From: Phycisphaerales bacterium
GTDB lineage: Bacteria > Planctomycetota > Phycisphaerae > WQYP01
Reading direction: 5' to 3'
Assembly: GCA_027451365.1 (NCBI GenBank)
Contig: DAIDJN010000046.1
Coordinates: 1-35,275, forward strand
DNA length: 35,275 nucleotides
Shown piece by piece: positions 1-12,300 of this stretch. A program made the translations under genes and the position numbers. Within the stretch, counting starts at the first letter, position 1; the number at the start of each line of letters is the position of its first letter. Under the pieces are notes generated by a model. It saw only the letters and a list, made by a program, of their open reading frames with translations, was not told the DNA's origin and searched no databases.

Positions 1-3000
1 GGCGGTAATGGCATCGGCGGAAATAATCTGGTTGATATTGTTGGATGCGGTAATATTGCCGCTGATTGCCCCCCAGGCCTGCACACTTTGAATGTTCCCT
101 TCGGTGGTCGGCAGGCCGGTCTGGTTATTGCCGGAGTTAACCGTTGCGTTAATGCCGCTGTAACTCTGAATGGAACCAATGTTCTGCGTGCCCGTAAAGC
201 TGCCGGCAACCGGCCCAATGGACCAGACCTGAGTAATGTTAGCCGCGGTTGCCGTGGTGGAAGAGGTTATGCCGGTCCAGGAAGCCAATTGCAAAGTGCC
301 ATCCGAGGTGTAATTACCGCCCAGCGTTCCCTGCGCCTGAATTTGCAGGCTTTGTGTTGCGTTTGCCGTGGAACTGTCATTGGCCAGTGTCAGCAGGCTT
401 ATAGACCCGCCGGAGACGTTAACGGACAGGTCCGCCCCGGCGGCAATTTGCAATTTGGAAGCGGAAATGACTCCGCCGTTGGTGCTGACAGCGCCAAGTG
501 CCGCGATCGTCAGGGCTCCGTTAGCTGAGGCGTTGGTCAGTACAACCGATCCGCCGGCCAGCAGATTCAGATTGCCACTGCCGGCCAATACCGATCCGGT
601 AACCGTGCCGCTGGAAATGACCGATGCACCGCTGCCGGCAATGACCGAAGCATTCAACTGGCCGGCGGCGGCCACGCTGACATAGCCACTGGCGGAAAGC
701 GTGCCGCCGGTCATGCCGTCCAGGGCGGTTACGTCAATTTGCTGTTCCCCTGCGCCGGAGGCAAAAAGACTCATGGACATGGCACCGGCCGCGGTAACCC
801 AAATACTTCCACTGGAACTTGTGGCATTGCCCGCGAGTTCGGACATTGCATTGATTGTCATTTGTCCGGCCGAATGCAATTGGGCGTTTATGGCACCGGC
901 GGCGGAAAGGGACATGTAACCCGCGGAGGCAGTCAAATTGCCGCTCAATTGGCTTCCCGCTGTCACCAGAACATTCTGACCGGCGGTTAGCTGCAATTCT
1001 GACTGACCGCCGGTTACAACATTTGCCGTATCACCGGCGTTAACTGTGGAAAGGACATAGCCACCGGCGGAGAGCGACACGTTGGTTCCAGCCCCCGTGG
1101 TGTTGATGATATAACCCTGTGCGGTAAGGGAGGCGTAGCCCGCGGATGCGGTGACATTACCGGTGATATTGCCGGTAAGGGAGGATACCGTCGCATTTTG
1201 CCCGGCGGTAACGGTTCCGGCCACATTGTCAATTGCGGAAATAGTGGCATTAGTTGCCGCCTGTACGCCGCCTTGCACAGACAGCATGGTGCTGACATTG
1301 GCATAGCCGGCCGTGGCCTGAATTTGCGAATTGGTGTAGCCCGAACTGCTTACCGTGGCATTGGTGCCAGCGGTCACATTGCCTGTTAAATTGCCAAGCG
1401 TGGTGACGTTGGCATAGCCCGAAGCGGATACCGGTGTGGAAATATTGCCAATTGCCGTGACGATGGCGGCGGAATAGGTTCCCGCACTGTCCGTAATGCC
1501 AGCCTGAATGCCAGCGTTAATATAGCCGCCCACGGTCACCGTTGCATCTCCGGTTTTTGTGGTAACCGTTCCGGTCAGATTGCCGGTGGCATATACATTG
1601 GCACCGTTGGACGCCGATGTTGTTCCGCTGATATTCCCCAGTGCCGATACATCCGAGGAGCCGCCGTGAGCAGTCACATTGCCCGAAACATACCCGGCTG
1701 CGGAAACTGCAATGCTTGTACCGGCAGTAACACTGCTGGTGAGGTTATCGGCCGAAATGGTGACACTCTCACCGGCCTGTACCGATCCGCTGACATTACC
1801 AAGTGCCTCAACCGATACATTTTGAACCACATTTACCGTTGCGGCCATCGCCTGGGGTGTGGAGATATCCAAGTCGCCACCGCTGGTAATGGTGGCATGG
1901 GAGTCAAGACCCGTCCCCGCATAAACGGTGTTTTCAGAATAAGGGCTGGTGAAATTGCCCTGATCAATATTCAGTGTACCGGAAATATTGGCCTGGTCGG
2001 ATGAAACAGAGCTGATATCGCGCGTATTAAGCTGCAAATTGGAAATAGCATTCGCTGCGGAAATATCCGCTGAGCCGAATTCATCAGTGGGCAATACGGT
2101 GGAAGGTGCATTGGTTCCCACATTAATCGTGGCAGTGGAAAGCGTGGCATCTGTGGTGACGGAGGCAGAGCTATAGGCGTTGGCGGTAATTGAGCTGATA
2201 TTGCCAATGGCCGTTAAGGTTACCGAACCGGGCTGTTGGGCCGGCGTGGAGGCTCCCGCCACTGTTCCCGCATTGAACGTGCCGGTAAGCGTGGTCATGG
2301 AGGCCGCGGAAATACTGCCAGCCGAGGTGGCGTTGACCGCCAAGGCACCGTCGGAAGACAGGCCAATATAACTGCCTGAGCCGGATGTGGTAGCGGAGAA
2401 ATTGGCCCCACCCAGCGCGCCATGGGAAAAAGCGTTAACTGACGTGACGGCGTCAAACGTGCCATCCAGCGTACCCTGGGCCGTTACATTGACACTGTTG
2501 GCGTAATTGCCGGCGGTACCGGCCACTGAAAAATTAGCGTTGCCGCCCGCAAACGCAACCACCTTGGCACCCGGTGCGGTCACCGTGGTGTTGGAGGAAA
2601 TCTCTCCAAGGGAATTGAGTTCCACATAACCGCCGGAAGTCTGGGTAAGCGTAACATTGGCGCTAAGGGCCGCGCCGCCGGACCCGGATGAGTAACTCGA
2701 AGACGAAGAAGATGAGATGGAACTAACGCCGGCAAAAAGTTCCGCAACGCTGGCCGCGGAAACATTGGATGCGGTCAGCGCACCGAGTGAATTCAATGTT
2801 ACGCCGCCCATTGTGGAAATAATCTGTTGTGAATCGTTAATAATGGCGGCAAGAACAGAAATATCACCCTGGGCGTTGGCTGCGGCCTGAAAATCCTGCC
2901 CTGCCTGAGCGCTGATATAGCCCGCGGAGGCGGTCAAACGGGCGGCCGCGGTAATATTCCCAAGAGATGAAATCGTGATATTGCCAGAGGATTGAATTGC

Positions 3001-6000
3001 AGCGGAAATATCGCCGCTGGCAGTCAAATTTACGTTGAATTCCGTTCCTGAATAGGAACCGGCACCGGCTGTAATTGTGCCGCCAACCGAACCGAGCGAT
3101 TGAACCACAACATCGCCCTGCGAACTCACGGACGCACCCGACCAGTCGGTGGCAGTAAACACCTGCACATAACCCCCGGCCGCGCCACCATACGACGCAG
3201 TAGAAATACTCGATGTAATCTGGCCAAAAGACGCGAGGCGCACATAATCGTGGCCCAAAATTGTCCCCGAAACCGAACCGCCAGAAAATATGCCAGAAGC
3301 GCCCGCATAGGAGTCAACGTTTCCTGAAATATCCCCCCAAACGGTCAGGGCAATATTGCCCATGGAGTCAATCGTACCAGAATCGTTACCGCCGGTGACA
3401 AGGTTTACAGTTCCGCTGCCTTGAATATTGCCGGTAAAATCGCCATTCGAACTAATGATAATCGTCTGGCTAGCCCGGTTGGCACCGGAATATCCGTTAA
3501 TTTGAGCGGACATTTCGCCAGCCGAATTAATAAAGACATTTTCTCCATCTATGCTCCCCGATACGCTCGCACCGGCAATCGTCACGCTCTGCGGGCCGGC
3601 GTTCGTATCGCCTTCAATGGTCGCATTGACTATGCCTAAGGCGTTTATGCCGACTGTGCCGTCCGAAATAACCGTGCCGCTAAAATTGCCCGCAGTGACA
3701 TAGTCGACGCTTTTGTCCGCCGTAACGGGACTGTCAAGCGTAATGCCGCCGTTGGAAAACGCGAAGCTATAACCGTCGACTGTAACCGGCGGCAGATCCA
3801 GAAACCCCCACGTGGCAAAAATCGCGCTTGAGATGGCATCCGCGGCGTCGCTTGCCAGGGACATGGCGATGTTACAATTCCCAACAGATTCAATGAGTAT
3901 CGTTCCCGTGCTAGGCAAAATCGCCTGGTCAACTTTTTCAACAAAGCTGCCCGAAACGACTCCCCATGAAATCTCCTCAAGATACTGCGAGGTTACCTGC
4001 GGAGCCATCCCGGCCATTGCGGAAAGCGCCGTTGAAAGAGCGCTAACGATAGTCCCACGGATATATCCCCCCGCCGCTGCGATAATCGATTCGGCGGTCG
4101 AAGTAAGCGTTCCCGTAATATCCCCACCGGCATTCACCGTTATTTGGTCGGGCGAATTAACCTTTCCGGATACCTTGCCCCAGGCGTCAATCGAAATTCC
4201 GCCTGTTTTGGCTGATACTGTCGCGGACATGTCGCCCAGTGACCAAAGATTTCCCAGCGTCGTACCTGCGGCGATGGTGCCGCCGATATACCCGCCCGCC
4301 GCGGTGATGGAGGCTATACTTCCCGCGGCCTGTATATCGCCGCTTACATTACCCTGCAGGCCGGAGGTGCCCGGCATGCCCGGCTGGGCCGGCGCTGTCG
4401 GCGTTTGCGGAAGCTGACCGGGCGTCATATTTTCCAGTTGAGATAACCAGTTGCCCGGCGTGGCCACGGTTGGATCAATCGACGTATTAATATTCGTGGC
4501 CGCATCAGCCGTAATCGCGCCGATATATCCGCCCGCTGAAATATTGCCGGTGACACTGCCGCCGACCAGATTGCCAGCGGTAACAAACGTTATATTGCCG
4601 GTGGTGGCGGTGACATTTCCGGAGATATTCGCCCCCGCGGTTACTCCGTTGCCATAAGGAGCACCGATAGTGGTCTGTGCGGTGATATTTCCGGAAATTG
4701 TGCCTCCGGCGCTAATGTTCAAAACACCTTGCGTGCCTGAGCTGATGTTGCCGCCAATATTTGCCGATGCCTGCACATCGCTGATGGACAAATTCGCGGA
4801 CAGATTGGCATTCATGGATCCGTGAAGCACATTCACCGAAGCAATGGACCCGCCCGACGACGTGACCGTACCGGCAAAATCGCCGCCGTAATCGGCACTG
4901 CTACCGACAGTAATGGCACCGATATTTCCCGCAGCCGTGATGGTCGATCCGCTCATGGAACCCTGGATGCCGATTTTACCGATGTATCCGCCGACGGTCA
5001 CGGTCGATCCGGTGACCTGGCCGAGTTGGGCACCGGAATTGTATTCGTCGAGTTCCGCCAGATTGCCGGTGACGGTGATATTCGCGCCATTGAACTGGCC
5101 CGACGGGTAGAAGTAACCGACAACGTCTGAACCAGCGGCGATGTCCCCGGTGACGCTGCCCGTAATGGACAGTGTTCCGCCAATGGTATTGGCAACATCA
5201 ATCCAACTGATATTGCTTTGGGTGGTAAAGGTCCCATCGAAATTGCGACCGACATCGACGGATGGGGTCTGCTGGACCAGCAGTTTGGCCTTGCTGGTTA
5301 TATCGCGGCCAACGTATATCCCGTCCGCCACGCCCGAAGTGGAAATTTGCCCCGAAATATCACGTCCGGCATTGACAACTATGATGGACACGGCATGGAC
5401 AATTCCGGAAATGTCGCCGCCCGCAATCAGGCCGTAATAGTTGGAAGAATTCAGATAACCAATAGATCCGGAAAGTGTAACATTGGCGGAAACATCGCCG
5501 CCGGCCGCCTTGATCTGTTGTGTACCGCCCGCGGTAATGGACCCGGCAATGTCGCCAGCCGCGGTGATACTGCCGATGTTGGCCGCTTGTGTGTCAATCG
5601 TCGCATTGATACTTCCATCCGCATTAATACCGACGGTAATTCCGCCCGGTGCCGTGATCGACCCATCCAGATTCCCCTGGACATTAATCTGCGCGATTGT
5701 ACTTCCGGCGGAGATGGAGCCGGATCCGGAAATCCCACCGGTTCCCGAAATGGTATTGATATAGCCGCCCGCGGATATGGCGCTGGTGATATTGCCACCC
5801 ACGCTGATATCACCGGAGATGTTCCCCTGAGAGGAAATTCCGCCGGAAATATTGCCCGACGCGTTAATGCTGCCGGATATGTTACCCGTCACGCTGACAG
5901 CGCCAGTCATATCACCGCGTGTCTCAATACCGCCCAGCATTTGGCCGCCAATGGTCACATTGCCGATGTTGCCGCTGGCTGTGATGCTCTGGTAATACCA

Positions 6001-6330
6001 ACTCGTGGTGGTACCAAGATTTCCCGATAGATTGATAGAGCCAATCGCTCCGTCGAGTGCCCAAATCTCATCGCTGGTCGCGGCCGAAACAGCGCCGATG
6101 CTGCCCGTAGCGTTAAGGTACGCGCCCGCACCCGCGGTCATATTGCCCATGCTTCCGCCGGAATTCGCCCAAAGTTTTCCCGCCGCGGTCATCGCAGGCA
6201 TGTAGCCTCCCGTACTGACCGTTAGGTTTCCCGCAGCGTGGTAGCTTGCGATTGTTCCAGCGGAATATAGAGACACATTGGCCGCCGAACCGGTAAACGA
6301 CAGTTTCACACTGGGAAAGCCGCCCGCCAA
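1..6330 (-). repeat. Degenerate protein-level repeat region (G-N/D-I/V-S/T-G-x-I/V-x-A), predicted beta-helix/haemagglutinin-like stalk
   Basis: Translation such as VTGNISGSINASGNISGGISSQGNISGDISVGGNITSAISAGG and LTGNITGNVTASAGY. Rich in G/S/A/N/T/I/V and poor in K/R/E. The fold assignment is an inference. Confidence 0.7.
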
Positions 6331-9300
6331 AGGGGTGTCTGAAACTGAAACGGATGCATTCTGAGCATAGCCAGATACCGACACGCCCACCGAATCGCCA
6401 TTGATTGACACGCTGACCATCGGCTGATTGGGTCCGGACGCGTAGGACGCCGAGGCGCTTACCGAAATGATGTCGCTGCCAGTTACGAATTGGATCGAAC
6501 CACCGCCCGGTAACGAAAAATTGGACTGGTTATTATCCGGATGACCGTTCAGACTGTCCTGCGGTGGGGTGCCGACAAATGGCGACTCCGGACCTGAAGG
6601 ACTTTGAAACGCTCCGGGCTGGGACGCTGATGCAACCTTTACCGTCGCGGTGCCCGTTGCGGAAAGCCAATTCGGGCCATAAACCTGATAAGTGAAGCTG
6701 TCGGAACCACTGAAATCGTAATTCGGTTTGTAATACAGCGTGTCGCCGCTTGCCCAAGCCGTTCCACTTGCCGGCTGATTCGTTATCCGCACATTCGCCG
6801 CCCAAATCGGATAGCCGTTGGTGTCCAGCAGATTGCCCAATCCGTAGGAACCCGTGGAATTTTCCGTCGTATTCAGGGTGACATTATTCAGCCACGGCTG
6901 GGAGTCCTGATGCTCCACCGTTACGAAAACCGTTCCCGAGACTGAATCGCCTTTTCCGTCACTAAGTGTATAACCAATTCTATCTGCCCCGCTACTGCTG
7001 GAACCCGAACCGGTATACTCATCCATCCAAGGCGTATAGGTGATACTCGTGCCGGCGGCACTTGCATCGCCGTATCCGGGACTGGAAGTGATTGTCACAG
7101 TCAATCCGGACCCGCCGGCCGCCAGCCATGGCAAATTATTGATATAATTGGCTAGATTTATGGTTGTCGACTGGTTTTCCAGCGTCGCCGCGTTAATCGT
7201 AGCTGCGGTCGTCACTTCGCCGGGGTTAACCGTCACGGTTACCAGAATCGGCGCCGATGTAAAGCCCAGCGCATCGGTCACCGTATAAGTGAATTCATCC
7301 TTCCCACTGAAATTATTCCGCGGCGTGTAAACCCACGAACTGCCGGAGGCGGAAAGCGAACCGTCCAGCGGTCCGGCGCTAATGCCTGCCGCCAGCGTTC
7401 CTGCACCCGCATTGGTATCTGTGACACCCGCCAGGAGATTCGCGGTGGAAATGGTCAACGGCTGATTTTCCGTTGCCGTAAACGTCAACGCGCTCCCCGC
7501 GGGCAGTGCTGCGGAAACGTTGATCGTATAGCTGCCGGATGCCTGCGACTGGCCATTGGAGACCGTGTAATTAAAGCTGTCCGAACCGTAGAACCCTTTG
7601 TTGGGCTGGTAGCTGAATCCACCTGAACCCGAAATAGTCAGTACGCCATCGGCCAGATTAATGGTGGCGGAACTCGCACCAACGGTTACGCCGTTCACGC
7701 TGGTAACGGTATATGGGGACTGCGTGCCGACGGTGGTGACATTATTTGTTAAATTACCGGAAAGCGCTGTTCCTTCCTGGGTGGAACCGGTGGCGTTTTG
7801 CACCTGTAATGCGCTGCCGGCATAATCCAGGCTGACATTGGTGGCCGTTGACTGAAGATATTGATTGGCGGCAACGTAATTAAACGTGTCGTTCCCGGAA
7901 AAACCAGCATCAGGCGTAAATGTGAACGCGCCGGATGACGCGATGCTTAATGCCCCATCAGGCATCGGAATGCTGGAATTACTGGACGTGCTTAGAGTTT
8001 GACCGTTGACGGACGCAACCATAAGAGTTTGGCCGGTCGGCGCGTTGGCCAGAACATTGCCGGTAATATTTTGACCGGGAGTACCATCAAAAACGGCACT
8101 AACGGTTTGCGGCGGCAACGGGTTTACATCAATGGTGACCACCGCCGGCGCGCTGGTTGCCGCACCACTGCTTAATACATAGCTGAAGGAATCCGTACCC
8201 ACAAAATTATTTGGTGACGTGTAGGAAAATTGACCGTTGCTGTTAAGCGTCACGGTACCGCCAGCAGTTGTCGGTTGGGATTGCGGACCCGCGCTGTAAC
8301 CGCCGTAGCCGCCATAGCCGGGCGGAGGACCGTAATAGCCATAAGCACCGTTGGACAGCCTCGCGGTCAGAGGCAGATTGGAGCCTGAATCCTGCGTGGG
8401 AGTCGACAGGACATTACCGGTTGCGGCATTGGTGCCGTCGGTGGAAAAAAATTCATTTACCGATTGCGGAAGAGAATTCGTTACGTTAATAGCGACAGTC
8501 GCCGGCGTCGCGGCACCCGCCGAATCCAATGCGGTATAGGAAAATCCATCCGGTCCCTGATAGTCCGCATTCGGAGTGTAGGTAAACTGCCCGCCTGCGG
8601 TAATGCTCACGGACCCGTGCGCGGTGGACATTGAACTGATGACATAATTGTTGGAACCGTTTGAAAGACTCGCTGTAATTGAATCGCCGTCCGGATCGGA
8701 AACATCAGTAAGCAGGTTGCCGGTCAGCGTTCCGTTGCCGGTCGCCATATCGATTGTAAAAGCCTGCGACGTTAATTCCGGCAACTCATTGTAAACATCA
8801 ATTGACACTGTTGCAGGCAGACTGTTCACCGCACCATCGTTGAGCGTATAACTGAAGCTGTCTCCGCCCACATAACCCGCGGTCGGCGTATAGGTGAATG
8901 TGCCATTGGGATTTAAACTCAGATTTCCATGTTGCACCGTGTTATAAACCTGAGCGGTCATCGGGGTGCCATCGGCATTTGTTGCCCCGTTCATCACGTT
9001 GCCCGAAAGAGACTGATCATGCAGAAGCTGATAGCTTTGGGGCACTCCCGCCGGCGCGGAATCCGTTACCGTAATGGTGACGGTTGCCGATGTGCTCGTG
9101 GAGGTCCCATCGCTGACTGCGTAGTTGAACGTATCTGTACCGACAAACCCGGCGTTCGGGGTATACACAAACGAACCGTTTGCCGACAGGGTTACAAAAC
9201 CGTGGCCGGTGCCCATGGCACCCGCCGATGCCACGGTCATTGGATCGCCATCTGTATCGTACGCGGTTCCAATCAGGCCCTGCTGGGCTGAAATCGTCAG

Positions 9301-12300
9301 GGTTTGCCCGTGGATGACCGAATAGGAAAGGTTCGCCGCAACCGGCACCGCGTTTACCACGTTAATCGTCACCGTCACCGGCCCGCTGTCCACACCGCTG
9401 GAGCTATCAGCCTGATAAGTAAAGCTGGTGGTGCCGACAAATCCAGTGGCGGGTGAATAGGTAAAAGATCCATCGCTATTCAACACCACACTCCCCGTGG
9501 ACGGCGCGCTATCCAGCACCGCGGTGAGTGTTGAACCATCGGTGGTCCAGTCGTCGCGCAATACACCAAGCGCGACACCTGCAATAAGATTTTGATTCAG
9601 CCCTGTCCGGTAGGTCAGCGGATTGGTAATAACCGTTTGCGAACTGACCGTAATGCTCACGGTCGCAGCGTTGCTGGTTCCCGCCGCGTCTGAAATGTCA
9701 TACATGAAACTGTCGGAACCGGTGTAACCAGACTGGGGCGTGTAAGTGTACGCACCGTTGGTATTTAATGCCAATGTACCATGTGAAGGCGCATAAAGCA
9801 GATTCGCGCTTAAGGTATATCCGCCCGGGCCGGTTGCCAGGCTCAGCAGGCCCGCACCTGAAGGTACAGTCAGTGTGGTATTCTCTTTAACCGTTACGCT
9901 GCTATTGGCGGCGGTTGGCGGCATGCCGGCAACCGTGATGGCGGCGGTTACCGGCGAACTTGTACCGGTGCCATCCGACACGGTATAGGTGAACGAATCA
10001 GTACCTGTGAAGCCGGGCGCGGGCGTATAGCTGAATGTTCCATTGGAGTTAAATGTCAGGCTTCCGTCTGTCGTGCCGCTTACAAGATTTACGGACATCG
10101 GAAGATTCTGCGGGTCCGTTGCATAAGCCAGAACACCGTCAACGGTTTCATTCAATGTCTGCCCCTCACCGGTGCTATAGGATGGCGGGGTTGTAACCGG
10201 CGGCAACGCCACGGGCAGCACGTTTATTGTGGCAGTTGCGGTAACGGAACTGTTTCCATCACTTACCGAATAGGTAAAGCTATCTGATCCAAAATACCCT
10301 GCCGTTGGCGTATAGGTAAATGTTCCGTTGGAATTGAAGGCCAGGGTACCGCTATTCGTCGATTGAAGAAGCGTGGCGTTCAATGGGTCGCCGTCCGAGT
10401 CAGTTGCGGATGCCAATATTCCCGGCGACGCGTTAAGGGTTGAGTTCTCATAGACGGAATAGGTCTGACCAGTTGCCTGCGGCGGCGAATCCTGTACAGC
10501 AATATCAACCAATATCGGCGCGCTGGTCGTGGCTCCGTCAGAGGCGGAATAGGTGAAACTGTCTGTTCCAACAAATCCATTATTCGGCACATATGTAAAC
10601 GATCCATCGGCATTAAACGACAACCAGCCGTGACCAGCGCTGTTCACCAATTGCGCAGTCAAGACTCCACCGGAGGGACTTGAATCCGACGCCAATACAC
10701 CATCCGCCGCATTGACTACGAGCGTCTGATTATGCTCAACCGAATAATTTACCGCCTGACCAATCGGCGAAGCCGCCACAACGTTGATCAGCACTGTCGC
10801 CGTATTGCTCGTCAGCGAGCCGCAAGTTACGTTGTAGCTGAATTGATCTGTTCCGGAAAAGCCGCTGTACGGAGTGTAAGTGAAGGAACCGTCCGAATTC
10901 AACGTCAGGCTGCCGTCCATTGGGTAACCAACCGCCTGAGCCGTGACCGCGGTGCCCGGTACCGGATTTCCAATTCCCGCCAGAAGACCGGATGCCGCTG
11001 CGATATTGAGAGTGTCCCCCGGTGAAACAACGTAATTCTCCACGGGCGCAACAATCGTTTGCCCGGTAATATCCAGCGTCACTGTAGCGGTGTTGCTTTG
11101 CTTGACTCCGTTGGAGACAAAATATGTGAATGAATCCGACCCGAAATAACCTTGGTCAGGTGTGTAAATAAAGGAACCGTCTGAATTTATTGTAACCGAA
11201 CCATGACCAGTCGCGGTCGTTACAGTCGATCCCCCATCCACCTCCAGCGGTGAATTTGCCGAATCCGACGCCGCCGTCAGCAATCCATCGCCAGCGCCAA
11301 TGTTTAATACAGTTCCCTCAACCAGTGTATAGGTCATGTCCGCCGCTGCAGGCAGGCCCGCCGTCACGTTCAGTGTCAACGTTGCATAGCTGGTTGACGC
11401 ACCATCCGTTATGCCGAATTCAACGCTGTCGGTACCTGTGAAATCATTGGCCGGCGTATAGGTGAATGCACCTGTGCCCTGGATCGAGATCCGGCCACCA
11501 TCGTATGTTGTGGAATTAACCGGTACCACCGTAAGCACATCGCCGTCCGCGTCGGAGGCGGCCGAAAGCAGCCCCTCCAGGTCTGAAACATTCAAAGTTT
11601 GGCCGGCGGCAACAGAATAATACACATTCTGCACGACTGGCGCGGCGTTGGTCACAACAAAATTCACCAGCGCCGTCCAGCTTTTTGTTCCATCGGAAGC
11701 CTGATACGTGAATGAATCCGTCCCAACGTATCCCGGCTTTGGAGTATATACAAACGTACCATCCGGGTTCAGCGTTAGCGAGCCGTTTCCAGGCTGCGTC
11801 ACAGCCGTCGCGGTCAGCGGCAGGCCGTTGGGATCCACCGCTCCTGCCAGCACCCCCTGCGCCGGATCGGTAACGCTCAAGGTTGAATCGTGCGCAGCGT
11901 AATAGGTCTGATTCTGAATTTGCGGTGTGCCCGTGGCAAGCACCGTCAGATTAGCCGTTCCCGTCACGACGTCGCCCCGGCCATCGGAAACGGAATACGA
12001 AAACGTGTCCGGCCCGGTGGTATTTCCCGCGTAATATGTGAAGCTGCCATCCGAATTTACGCTTATACTGCCATTTTCCGGGGAACCAACCAAAGCCGCC
12101 GTCAGAGTTGCTCCGCTGGGACCTGTTGCACCGCTTAACAATCCGCTACCCGCCGTCACAGAAAGCTGTTGGCCCTCGTACCCGGAATACCGGTGCGGTT
12201 GAAGGGTGATTGGACTTGGCGCAGCGGCGGCTGTAGTCACTGTGGCGGGCACCGAGTATGCCGATAGACCGAAAGAGTTGTATGCCGCGACAATAAAGCT

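Noticed and set aside
6630..12210. ~290-bp periodicity as a possible CRISPR array or DNA tandem repeat
   Set aside because: The periodicity is at the protein level with divergent codons; there are no identical direct repeats with spacers and no cas genes.
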